DNA from: an uncultured Thermomicrobiales bacterium
GTDB lineage: Bacteria; Chloroflexota; Chloroflexia; Thermomicrobiales; UBA6265
DNA length: 59,130 nt
Direction: 5' to 3'
NCBI GenBank assembly: GCA_902806325.1
Contig: CADCWE010000229.1
Location: 1-59,130 of the forward strand
The translations under genes and the position numbers were made by a program. The notes under the pieces are model-generated. The model did not search any database. It saw only the letters and a program-made list of their open reading frames with translations, and was not told the origin of the DNA. Of this stretch, positions 18,874 to 28,250 are shown piece by piece. Each line of letters starts with the position of its first letter. Position 1 is the stretch's first letter.

Positions 18874-20139
18874 TTACGTGCGGCTGGCGCTCGCCCCACG
18901 CCGGCCATCGCCGCCGCCGCGAGCAGCGACGCGCCGACCATCCCCCACAGAACCGACCCGTAGCCGCCAGCGGCGGCGTAGGCCGCGCCGGCGCCGACCG
19001 GGGCCAAGCGCCCGCGCCCCGGCGAGGAACAAGGCCAGCATCCCGTTGATCGCCCCGTAGTGCGCCCGCCCGTAGAACTCCGCGACCAACCCGGTGCGCA
19101 TCAACGTCACCACGCCCCGCCCCGCCCCCAGGAGGAGAACGGCGATCAGGACCCCCGCCCGGTCCGGCCAACCCATCAGCACGGCGAGGGCGATGGCTTG
19201 GAGTCCGAACACCCAGGCGGTCAGGGCGACCGGCGAGAGACGCCCGCCGAAGACGGTCGCCACCACCCGCGCGCCCACCTGCGCCGCCCCGATCAGGCCG
19301 GTCGCCCCGGCCGCGAACGCGGCGCCGTCCCCGCGCTCGGTCAGGTAGGGGATCAGGTGGACCCCGACCGCGACCGTGGCGAACGTTTCCAGGAGGAACG
19401 CCACGGTCAGCCACTAGAAGGCCGCATCGCGCAGCGCGTCGCGCGCCGTCACGTCGGAGGGGTTGGTTTCAACCACCGGGGCGTCGGCGATCGCGCGGGG
19501 AGCGGCGCCGTCCGGGAGTAGACCGAGATCCTCCGGACGCCGACCCAGCAGGAGGGCGTGGGGCGGGATCGTCGAGTGGGCCAACACGCCGGCGAGGACG
19601 ACCAGCGCCCGTCGCCAGCCCAGCGCCTCTGCCGGCGCTCCCGAGAGCGGGAGAAAGATCGTGCTCGCGAAGCCGGCGGCGACGGTCACCAGGATCAACG
19701 CCCGGCCCCGGTCCCGCGCGAACCACGTCGCCACCGTCGCGAAGGTCGGCTCGTAAAGGGTGGTCGCCATCGCCAGGCCAATCCCCGCCCAGATCAGGTT
19801 ATAGGCCAGCAGGCTCTCGACGCCGGCCCAGTCGAGGACCAGCAACGACCCGGCGACCGACCCGGTGGTCATCAGCGCCCTGGGGCCGTGCCGGTCGAGC
19901 CAGCGGCCGGCGAACGGGGCGGCGAGACCGGAAACCAGCAACGCCAGCGAGTAGCCCCCGGTCAAGGCGGCGGTGGACCAGCCCAACTCGGCCCGCAGCG
20001 GAACGAGAATCACCGAGAAGGCGTAGTAAAGGACGCCCCAGGAGACGGTCTCGGTGGCGGCCAAGGCTCTGGCCACCACCCAGCCGAAGTAGGGGCGCCG
20101 CCCGATCCCCGGTCCGGACGCGTTCGCGTGGCCCGGCAT
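18874..20139 (-). pseudogene. MFS transporter (ArsK-like by context), disrupted
   Basis: MFS motif A (GRWLDRHGPR). In-frame TAG at 19414-19416 (RDAAF*WLTVAFLL) and a frameshift near 19005; the last TM helices (APVGAGAAY..YGSVLW) lie in another frame. Confidence 0.8.
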
Positions 20140-21597
20140 CTACTCCTCGTTGATGGGGCCGCGGCACGCGCCGCGCGCCGCGGCGGACAATTGGATCACC
20201 TGGGGCGCGGTCCCGCCGCAGCAACTGTTGGCAGCGGTCCCGGTGGAGGCGGAAGGGCCGGTGCCACAGCAGCTTGCCGATTCGCCCTCGGGGGCGCTGC
20301 CGACGGCGCAGCAGGCAACGCCGCGCTCGGCGAGGACATCGGTCGAGCAGACCCCGGTTTCCGGGAGCACCAAACGGACCTCCCGCGCCGCCGCCCAGTC
20401 GCCGGCGATGGCGGCGGCGACCGAGCGCACCTGTTCGTAGCCGGTCAGCATCAGAAAGGTCGGCGCCCGGCCGTAGCTCTTCATCCCCACCACGTAGACG
20501 CCGGCGTCGGGGTGCTTGAGTTCCTCCGCACCGTGGGGCGGGACGGAACCGCAGGAGTGGACGTTGGGGTCGATCAGGGGGGCGAGCGCCGCCGGGCTTT
20601 CGATAACCGGGTCCAGGTTGAGGCGAAGCTCGGCCAGCATCGCAAGGTTGGGCCGGTAGCCGGTCGCGACCACGATCTCGTCGACCGGGGGCAAGACGTC
20701 GTCGTCCCCGGCGACGGCGACGCCATCGGCGGTCGCCGTCAACCGCGCCGTTCGGAACCCGGTCGCCAGGCGGAGGTGCCCGTCCTCGACCAGCCGGCGG
20801 ACGCGCTCCCCCAGCGCTCCGCGAGCCGGCAGCGCGTCGGCGATGCCGCCGCCGAACAAGGACCGCAAACGATCGGCCGGCTTGCGGACGGCCCAGGTCA
20901 CCGCCGTGCCCGGCGCCTCGCCGGCGAGGGTCATCAGATCCAGTAGGGCGTTGAAGGCCGAGTGCCCGCCGCCCACGACCAGCACCCGTTTGCCCGCGTA
21001 ACGCGCCCGGTGGAAGCCGAGCGCGTCGGGGATGCCGGCGAAGATCCGGTCGGCAAGTTCCCGCTCGCCGATCGCCGGCACCCCGGCGGCCCCGAGCGGG
21101 TTCGGCGTCGCGGTGGTGCCGGAAGCGTCGATCACCGCCTTGGCCAGGAACGGCGCTTCCTGGTCGTCGGCCGTCCGGATGGTCAGGAGATAGGGGGCTC
21201 GATCGCGGCCGTCGGACTTCATCTTGTCGAAGCCGTCGCGAGTCACGGACACCACCCGGGATCCGACCCGGATGCGCGAGTGCAGCGCGGGCAGCGTGGC
21301 CAGCGGGGCGAGGTAGCGTTCGACCACCTCTTGCCCGGTCGGGTATTCGTCGGGGTCCGGCTCAACCCATCCGCCCGCCGAGAGCAGGGCGCGCGCGGCG
21401 TCGTCGACGACGTAGCGCCAGGGCGAGAAGAGGCGGACGTGGCCCCAGCCGAGCACGCCGGAGCCGACGACCGGCCCGGCCTCGAAGACGATCGGGTCTT
21501 CGCCCCGGGCGAGCAGGTGGGCGGCGGCGGCGAGACCGACGGGTCCGGCGCCGATGACGGCGACCGGGAGTGCATCGCGGCGGTGGTTGGGTTCCAT
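20140..21597 (-). CDS. Flavin-dependent oxidoreductase/monooxygenase with Cys-pair-rich tail (ArsO/ArsV-like)
   Basis: GAGPVG, DASG, GGGHSA, ATGY, PNVHSCGSVPPHG, GMKSYGRAPTFL; tail contains three CC pairs. Confidence 0.8.
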   Translation of the reverse strand: MEPNHRRDALPVAVIGAGPVGLAAAAHLLARGEDPIVFEAGPVVGSGVLGWGHVRLFSPWRYVVDDAARALLSAGGWVEPDPDEYPTGQEVVERYLAPLATLPALHSRIRVGSRVVSVTRDGFDKMKSDGRDRAPYLLTIRTADDQEAPFLAKAVIDASGTTATPNPLGAAGVPAIGERELADRIFAGIPDALGFHRARYAGKRVLVVGGGHSAFNALLDLMTLAGEAPGTAVTWAVRKPADRLRSLFGGGIADALPARGALGERVRRLVEDGHLRLATGFRTARLTATADGVAVAGDDDVLPPVDEIVVATGYRPNLAMLAELRLNLDPVIESPAALAPLIDPNVHSCGSVPPHGAEELKHPDAGVYVVGMKSYGRAPTFLMLTGYEQVRSVAAAIAGDWAAAREVRLVLPETGVCSTDVLAERGVACCAVGSAPEGESASCCGTGPSASTGTAANSCCGGTAPQVIQLSAAARGACRGPINEE

Positions 21598-21639
21598 GAC
21601 GATCGGTCCTTTCGGCGACGGGAGGTGCCCCGTTCCTCC

Positions 21640-21662
21640 ATCGAATAACGACGATACTCGAT
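21640..21662. promoter_or_regulatory. ArsR-type operator (overlapping imperfect ATCGA-N6-TCGAT boxes)
   Basis: ATCGAataacgACGAT (21640-21655) and AACGAcgatacTCGAT (21647-21662), upstream of the flavoprotein gene. Confidence 0.5.
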
Positions 21663-21707
21663 GAAATGACCCCGGGCGGTGTCCTGCCGGGTCACGCCTT
21701 TTTGGTG

Positions 21708-22073
21708 CTAGGCGCTCAGAATTCGGCGGGCCGCTTCGGGAAACTCGGCCAGGCAGGCGCGGTTGACGCGGTAGTACATGAAGGTGCCGCGCCGCTCGGC
21801 GACCACGAAGCGCACGTCGCGCAGCACCTTCAGATGGTGAGAGATGGCCGACTGGCCAAGTGGGAAGCGGTCGACGATGTCGCAGACGCAGAGCGGCTCT
21901 CCGCTCCCGGCAAGCAGATTCAGGATCCGGAGCCGCGTGGGGTCGGCCAGGGCCTTGAACCAGCCGGCGTACTCCTCGGCCTGCGCCTCGGTGACTGACG
22001 GCGATAGGTCGACCGGCGGCCGGCCGGGGGCCGTCGGGATCGTTCGGGGGCGCTCAAGGGTTGCGCTGGCCAT
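21708..22073 (-). CDS. arsR: ArsR family metalloregulator (alpha3 CVC site)
   Basis: FKALADPTRLRILNLL..PLCVCDI..QSAISHHLKVL. Confidence 0.88.
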   Translation of the reverse strand: MASATLERPRTIPTAPGRPPVDLSPSVTEAQAEEYAGWFKALADPTRLRILNLLAGSGEPLCVCDIVDRFPLGQSAISHHLKVLRDVRFVVAERRGTFMYYRVNRACLAEFPEAARRILSA

Positions 22074-22110
22074 GGTGCGGCGTTCTCCTCGACCGGATCA
22101 TCGCCCATTC

Positions 22111-22126
22111 ATCGAGGTTTGTCAAT
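22111..22126. promoter_or_regulatory. ArsR-type operator upstream of arsR
   Basis: ATCGA-ggtttg-TCAAT imperfect palindrome, same format as the 21640 site. Confidence 0.55.
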
Positions 22127-22538
22127 GGATGCCGCAACGCTCGTCGATGCGGATGCGATCGTGTCGGTGCCCCTATCCGAACCGCCCGCCTCCGCGACGA
22201 GCGGTTGCAGCCCGACGGTCCTCTCCCCCCGTGGACCTCGTCGCGGCGAAGGCGCCGGGGTCGCGGGAGCGCCAGCGCCGTGCGGGGCCGTGGCGGCGAC
22301 CGCCGGCGCCCGACCGTCCGCGTTCTCGGTGGTCGGGCGCGTCCGTGCCGGGAGAGCGCTATCCTCGACCTGGTCGCCGCGGGTGCGGTCGCTGGGGATC
22401 CCCGGGTGCCTCTGCCCCGGAATCCATTCCGGGGCCGTCGTCGGTGGCGGGCATGGTCTTCCTCACGCATCGGTATCGGATGCGGGAGCATACGCCCGGG
22501 CGAGCGGGACCGGGAAATCCGGCTGACCCGTTCCCTCG

Positions 22539-23570
22539 TCACCCCGCAAAATGGTCGAACGCGCCGGCCGCAACCGCCGATTCCGTCCCGTTCGCGTCCA
22601 GCAACAGCAGCGACGGTCGGCTATCCCCCACGGGAACGACGTCGCCGATCGCGGTCAGGGTGGCGCCGATCGCGGCGGCGGCCCCGCGGAGGGGGCCGAA
22701 GGCGTCCGGGGCGATGGTGAACAGCAGCTCGTAGTCTTCGCCGCCGCGGGTGCCGAGGGCGAACCAATCGGCGGGGAAGAGGGCGCGAACGGCGGCCGGG
22801 ATCGGGATCGCGGCGGCGTCGAGCCGGGCCGCGACGCCGCTGGCGGCGAGCAGCTTGGGCAGATCCCCGAAGAGGCCATCGCTGAGGTCCATCGCCGCGC
22901 TGGCGCCGTGATCGAGGAGCAGACCACCGAGGACGACGCGCGGCCGGGGCCGGAGGTGAGCGGCCAGGAGCAGATCGGCGGTGGTGGCACGCGGGCGACC
23001 GGAACCGGCCTGAAGCAGGCGCAGACCCGCCGCCGCCGCGCCGAGGGCGCCGCTGACGGCGACCAGATCGCCGGCTCGGGCGCCGCCGCGGGTCAGCGCC
23101 CGGCCGGCGCGTGTTTCGCCGAGCGCGGTGACGTGGAGCGCCAACCCGGCCGGGGAGGCGACCACGTCACCGCCGGCGACGAGGACCCCGTGGGCGGCGG
23201 CGAGGGCGCCGGCGCCACGGTAGAGATCTTCCAGATCGGCGACGCGCTCGGATCCCCGTAGGCCGAGGGTGAGGGTCACCAGGCGAGGCACGGCGCCCAT
23301 CGCCGCGAGATCCGAGAGGTTGACCGCCATCGCCTTGTGGCCGAGGCTGGTCCAGTCGGTCCAATCGAGGCGGAAGTGAACCCCCTCGGAGAGACCGTCG
23401 GCGGTGACGACCAGGGTTTCGCCCGGGGTCGGCGTCCAGAGCGCGGCGTCGTCGCCGATCCCGAGGACCAAGCTCGGATCGGCAACGGTCGCGGGCGGCA
23501 GCGCCGCCCGCAACGCCGCGATCAGGCCGAACTCGCCGACCTCCCGCACCGTCCGGCCGTCGTCGGTCAT
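22539..23570 (-). CDS. thiL: Thiamine-monophosphate kinase
   Basis: VGEFGLI, GIGDDAA, EGVHF, GHKAMAVNLSDLAAMGA, AMDLSDGL, GGEDYELLFT. Confidence 0.95.
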   Translation of the reverse strand: MTDDGRTVREVGEFGLIAALRAALPPATVADPSLVLGIGDDAALWTPTPGETLVVTADGLSEGVHFRLDWTDWTSLGHKAMAVNLSDLAAMGAVPRLVTLTLGLRGSERVADLEDLYRGAGALAAAHGVLVAGGDVVASPAGLALHVTALGETRAGRALTRGGARAGDLVAVSGALGAAAAGLRLLQAGSGRPRATTADLLLAAHLRPRPRVVLGGLLLDHGASAAMDLSDGLFGDLPKLLAASGVAARLDAAAIPIPAAVRALFPADWFALGTRGGEDYELLFTIAPDAFGPLRGAAAAIGATLTAIGDVVPVGDSRPSLLLLDANGTESAVAAGAFDHFAG

Positions 23571-23599
23571 CGAAGCGTGCCCGGTGGACGTTTCGCCGC

Positions 23600-24160
23600 C
23601 TACGAGCGGAGATCGGCGGCCAGGATCAGCCGCTCGGCGTCCGGTTGGAAGAAGAGCCGGGCCACCGACGCGGTGCGCAACACGGCAAAGATCAGGAGTC
23701 CAGCGCCCGAGGTGCCGGGGGCCAACGAGGCGTCCGCGAAGAGCGTCTCGGCGGAGTCCTCGGCGAGCTGGGCGCTGGCGTTGCGGAAGACGAACCCTTC
23801 GGCGTCCTGGACGACGAAGAAATAGCCGTAGACGTCGACGGGGCGCGGGCCGGTGACCGCGGCCTCGATCGCGACGGCGACGTAGCGAAAGCCGGGTTGG
23901 GGGGCGTAGTTCGGATCGTAGGCATCGAAGGGGTCGACGACATCGGTGACCGTGATCGACGCCGTTTCGGCCCCTTCCGGGCCAATCACCGAGACCGCGT
24001 CGCCGGCCCGGGGATCGTTCCCGCAGGCGCCGCCCGCGGCGGGGGTGGCGTCCTGGGCGGACGCGCCGGCGTGGGTCCAGGCCAGCAGTGACCCGGCTCC
24101 GACCGCGCCCGCGCCGCGCAGCGCGGTCCGCCGATTGATCCGCGAACCAGTGTTGACCAC
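23600..24160 (-). CDS. Tat-exported protein, DUF4352-like Ig-fold domain
   Basis: INRRTALRG..ASA-QDATP signal; PQPGFRYVAV..FVVQDAEG..LAPG..GLLIFAV. Confidence 0.7.
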   Translation of the reverse strand: MVNTGSRINRRTALRGAGAVGAGSLLAWTHAGASAQDATPAAGGACGNDPRAGDAVSVIGPEGAETASITVTDVVDPFDAYDPNYAPQPGFRYVAVAIEAAVTGPRPVDVYGYFFVVQDAEGFVFRNASAQLAEDSAETLFADASLAPGTSGAGLLIFAVLRTASVARLFFQPDAERLILAADLRS

Positions 24161-24356
24161 GATCGTTTCTCCTTGCTCGACGCGACGACCGACGCCGCTC
24201 CCCGCGGCGCCGCCGGGTGGGCGTCCCGCCGCCAGTATCCGACCCTGCCGGGGCGCGGTCAATCGTCCGGACGGTGGCGCACGCGCGCGATCGGCGGCGG
24301 CGGCTGGGGTACGCTGAAGCGTCGGAACGACGACCGCAGCCGAGGAGGGCCAGATC

Positions 24357-24860
24357 GTGAGCCAGCGACCCGCCGAACCGATCGCGCCGGGACCGGGACA
24401 GGAGTCGGTCTGGGACTACCCGCGACCGCCGCGGCTCGAGCCGAGCGCGCGCCGGGTGCGGGTGGTGCTCGGGGGCGAAACGATCGTCGACACGACGCGG
24501 GCGTGGCGGGTGCTGGAGACGAGCCACCCGCCGGTCTACTACGTCGCCAAAAGCGACATATCCCCTAAGGCATTGGTGCGCACGAATCGCCGCTCCTTCT
24601 GCGAGTACAAGGGCACCGCGTCCTACTACACGGTCCGGGCCGGGGGGCAGACCGCCCCCGATGCCGCCTGGACCTACCTCGACCCGACCCCAGCCTTCGC
24701 CGCCCTCGCCGACCACGTCGCGTTCTACCCCGGTCGGATGGACGCCTGCTTCCTCGACGACGAGCCGGTCCGCGCCCAACCCGGCGACTTCTACGGCGGG
24801 TGGATCACCGACGAGGTCGTCGGTCCCTTCAAGGGGGATCCGGGGACGATGGGTTGGTAG
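24357..24860 (+). CDS. DUF427 domain protein
   Basis: ESVWDYPRPP, VLETSHPPVYY, SFCEYKG, AAWTY, GDFYGGWIT. Confidence 0.92.
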   Translation: MSQRPAEPIAPGPGQESVWDYPRPPRLEPSARRVRVVLGGETIVDTTRAWRVLETSHPPVYYVAKSDISPKALVRTNRRSFCEYKGTASYYTVRAGGQTAPDAAWTYLDPTPAFAALADHVAFYPGRMDACFLDDEPVRAQPGDFYGGWITDEVVGPFKGDPGTMGW

Positions 24861-25264
24861 GCGACCCCTGACCATCCGCTTCCGACGGCATCGATGCGGT
24901 CCAGCGTGGCTCGATCGTTCCCCAGCGTACCGGGGGTGCTGAACGGATCCGGTTGGGGACGAGGTCGTGACCGGCCACTCCCCTCCTACCCGAGCCGGTG
25001 CGGTTCGAGGCCAGACGGTGTCGGTTGGTCCCCTTATGTTGTCCGGGCATGAATCCTCACGCCTTCATCCCCAACCGACGTTTCCCGATTGGCCTCCCCG
25101 ATTTCCGAGGAACGGCCGATGTGCCAGGTGGGCCGTTAACGGCGCTCCGATCCCGACGAGCCCGCGACCGATGGACGGTGACGAGTCCCTCTTGTTCTTC
25201 GCTACAACGCGGAGGGGACGTTAACGATCTCTTGAAACGTCGCGCCAGGCGCTCGGCGAGCGTA

Positions 25265-28063
25265 ATGTCGACCGCCACGCGATCAACAAAGCGGCAACAG
25301 ACCCACAATTCTCCCCCATCGCCGTTGTCGCCCTCGCCGATTTCGACCCACCAATCGAAGGCAGTGCTCTTGAGCGGACGCCCCCCAGCCGCCACCGCCG
25401 TCTCTCGCTTCCCGAGCCATGGGCCGGGTATCGACGACCTGCTGCGGCGTGTCCGGTCGGCGGCCGGAATCACGCAAGAGGAACTGGCGGCGAGGTCCGG
25501 GGTCAGCGTGCGCGCCATCAGCAACCTCGAGCGCGGGCTGCCCCACCGACCCAGGCCGGAGACCGTGCGCCACCTGGCCGATGCCCTGGAATTGGACGCG
25601 TCCGAGCGAGAACGCTTCGTCGGCGCGGCGCGCGCGCACGGTCGAGAGACCAATGACCGGGCGCCGGTCCCGGTCGCGCCGGTGCCGCTGATCGGGCGGG
25701 ACGATGTCGTCTCCGCCGCGCGGGACCGGTTGACGTCCCCGGAAGTCGGGCTCCTGACCCTCGTTGGACCGGCCGGGGTCGGCAAGACCCGGCTGGCGAT
25801 CGCGCTCGCGGGCGAGGCCGGGGATGCGTTTCCGGACGGCGTCTGCTGGGTCGAGGTGGCGCCGCTGATGGCAACCTCGCTGGTCCTGCCGGCGGTGGCG
25901 CGGGGGCTGGGCGTGCGCGGCGCGAACGAGCGGGGGGTGGCGGGGGCGGTCGCCGCCCACTTGCGGTGCCGCCGCCTGTTGCTGGTGCTGGATAACTTGG
26001 AGCACCTGCCGGGGGTGGCGGGCGTGGTCGAAGACCTCGCCGCGGCCGGACCCGGCGTCACCGTGTTGGCGACCAGCCGCGAGCCGTTGCGTTTGCGCCG
26101 CGAACACATTTGGCCGGTGGCGCCGCTGGCATTGCCGGAACCAGACGCCGGCGACGACCCGGATAGGTTGGCCGGGGGTGGCGCGGTGGCGCTGTTCCTC
26201 CGGCGGGCCAAGGCGGCCAACCCGGGATGGCGGTTCACCCGCGCCAACGCGGCGGCGGTGGCCGCCTTGTGCGTTCGCCTCGACGGGCTGCCGCTGGCAA
26301 TCGAGCTGGCGGCGGCGCGGCTCGGCGTGGTCTCCCCGGCCGTGATGCTGGACCGGTTGGCGCACCACTTCCCGCTGGCTGCTTGGGAAGCCCCGGATCT
26401 GCCGGCCCGCCACCACACGCTCCAGGCCGCGATCGGCTGGAGCTACGACCTGCTGGAGCCCGCGGAGCAAGCCTTGTTTCGCCGCCTCGGCGTGTGCGTC
26501 GGCGGGTGGACGCTCGGAGCGGCGGCGGCCGTGGCCGGCGACGGAGTGGCGGGGGGTCGAGAGACGGAACGTCTCTCGACCCGCGACCGACCGTCGTCCC
26601 TCCTTCCCGTCCCCCCGTCTCCCCATCTCCCCGTCTCCGTGCTCAATGCCCTTGCCTCCCTGGTTGACAAGAGTCTGATCCAGACCGTTCCGGTGGACGA
26701 GGACGACGGCAAGGCGGATCACCGGTTCGGGATGTTGGAAACGATCCGGGCGTTCGCCGTCGATCGGTTGGAGGAGAGCGGGGAGGGCGATGCGGTTCGC
26801 GCCCGGCACGCGGCGCACGTGTTGGCGCTGGCCGAACGGGCCGAACCGGCGTTGACCTCCGGCGACCAGGTGGCGTCGCTGGACCGCTTGGAGCGGGAGT
26901 CGGGCAACATCGGGGCGGCGCTTGATTGGGCGTTGGGCCGGGGCGACGCGACGTTGGCCTGCCGGATCGGCGGGGCGCTGTGGCGGTTCTGGATGATCCG
27001 GGGCCACCGCGTCGAAGGCCGTCGCTGGTTGGACGCGGCGCTGGCAAACGCCGACACCGTGGTGCCGTCGGTCCGGGCGCGGGCGCTGCTGGGCGCGGGC
27101 CGATTGGCGCGGGAAGTCGGTGACCTGGCAGGCGCACGGGAGCGCCTCGAGGCCGCGTTGGCGCTCCACCGGGCGGCAAACGACGCGCCCGGGATCGCGT
27201 CGCTGCTGGGGCAGCTTGGCGTGGTGGCCTACGACCGCGGGGCGTTCGCCGACGCGGCCCGGCTCCACGGCGAGAGTCTGGTCCTGCGCCGCGAACTGGG
27301 CGACGCCTGGGGAGCCGCCTCGACCACGACCAATCTGGGCGAGGTGGCGCGCCAACGGGGCCGCAACGAGGACGCGGCGGCGCTGCACGAGGAGAGTTTG
27401 GCCTTGTTCCGCGCTCTCGGCGATCCGTGGGGGATTGCGTTGGCGCTGGCCAACCTCGCCCTCGCCCGGCACCGGTTGGGGCAGGACGCGGCGGCGGCGG
27501 CCCTCCTCGCCGAGAGCCTGGACGTCCACCGAACCTGCGCCGACCGGGTCGCCATCGCCGAGATCTTCGAGCACCTGGCGTCCGTGCTGCTGGCGCGCCG
27601 CGACGCCGAACCCGCGACCCGGTTGCTGGCCGCCGCCGCCGGACTACGGGAGGAGGGCGACGCCCCCCGGCCCCCGAGCGACCGCGCCGATCTGGCCCGA
27701 ACCGTGGCCGGCGCCCGGGCCGCGCTTGGCGACGCGGCGTTCGAGCGCGACTGGCAAACCGGGCGCGCGGCGCCGCTGGCGCAGATCGTGGCGGAGGCGA
27801 GCCAGCGTGCGATCGGTGCCTCCAGCTCGGCCTGGACGCCCGCGGGTCCCCGCGGCGTCGCCGGGCGGGCCGGCGGCTTGACCCAGCGCGAGCTGGAGGT
27901 GCTCCGCCTGGTGGTCGACGGCCGGTCCAACCGCCAGATCGCCGACGCGCTGTTCGTCAGCCGCCGCACCGCCGCCGCCCACGTCGCCGCCATCCTGGCC
28001 AAGCTTGGGGCCGGCACCCGGGCCGCCGCCTCCGCCCAGGCGGTCCGTCACGGATTGGTTTGA
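25265..28063 (+). CDS. XRE-HTH / STAND ATPase / TPR / LuxR-HTH transcriptional regulator (start uncertain)
   Basis: TQEELAARSGVSVRAISNLERG; GPAGVGKTRLA; LLVLDNLEH; LDGLPLAIELAAAR; TPR repeats; LTQRELEVL..SNRQIA..ILAKLG. Confidence 0.9.
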   Translation: MSTATRSTKRQQTHNSPPSPLSPSPISTHQSKAVLLSGRPPAATAVSRFPSHGPGIDDLLRRVRSAAGITQEELAARSGVSVRAISNLERGLPHRPRPETVRHLADALELDASERERFVGAARAHGRETNDRAPVPVAPVPLIGRDDVVSAARDRLTSPEVGLLTLVGPAGVGKTRLAIALAGEAGDAFPDGVCWVEVAPLMATSLVLPAVARGLGVRGANERGVAGAVAAHLRCRRLLLVLDNLEHLPGVAGVVEDLAAAGPGVTVLATSREPLRLRREHIWPVAPLALPEPDAGDDPDRLAGGGAVALFLRRAKAANPGWRFTRANAAAVAALCVRLDGLPLAIELAAARLGVVSPAVMLDRLAHHFPLAAWEAPDLPARHHTLQAAIGWSYDLLEPAEQALFRRLGVCVGGWTLGAAAAVAGDGVAGGRETERLSTRDRPSSLLPVPPSPHLPVSVLNALASLVDKSLIQTVPVDEDDGKADHRFGMLETIRAFAVDRLEESGEGDAVRARHAAHVLALAERAEPALTSGDQVASLDRLERESGNIGAALDWALGRGDATLACRIGGALWRFWMIRGHRVEGRRWLDAALANADTVVPSVRARALLGAGRLAREVGDLAGARERLEAALALHRAANDAPGIASLLGQLGVVAYDRGAFADAARLHGESLVLRRELGDAWGAASTTTNLGEVARQRGRNEDAAALHEESLALFRALGDPWGIALALANLALARHRLGQDAAAAALLAESLDVHRTCADRVAIAEIFEHLASVLLARRDAEPATRLLAAAAGLREEGDAPRPPSDRADLARTVAGARAALGDAAFERDWQTGRAAPLAQIVAEASQRAIGASSSAWTPAGPRGVAGRAGGLTQRELEVLRLVVDGRSNRQIADALFVSRRTAAAHVAAILAKLGAGTRAAASAQAVRHGLV
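26554..26636. repeat. In-frame palindrome plus 8-bp tandem repeats inside the regulator CDS
   Basis: GGGTCGAGAGACG-gaa-CGTCTCTCGACCC (26554-26582), then CCCC(G/A)TCT-like unit x4 (26605-26636). Confidence 0.75.
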
Positions 28064-28250
28064 ACGATACCTCGGCTACGCCGTTGCACCGGTGACCGAC
28101 GCCCGGCAGGACGGGTCCGGCGCCGGATTGGCCGGTCGGCCGATGCGCACGATCCTTCCTCGGGCGGACCATGCTTTCCGGCGAACGCTCGGCGTCGCCG
28201 CTGGTCCGGGCAATCGCCCGGTACGCCCGTTCTCGGAGGAGGAGCCAACG

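Noticed and set aside
19414-19416. In-frame TAG codons (also 52544, 58781, 58931) as possible pyrrolysine or amber recoding
   Set aside because: TAG is the normal stop of many intact genes here, and each affected gene has other lesions (frameshift, deletion or decay).
22130-22530. 400-bp gap between thiL and arsR as a riboswitch or small gene
   Set aside because: It lies downstream of thiL, I see no TPP-riboswitch core motif, and the short frames are unconvincing.
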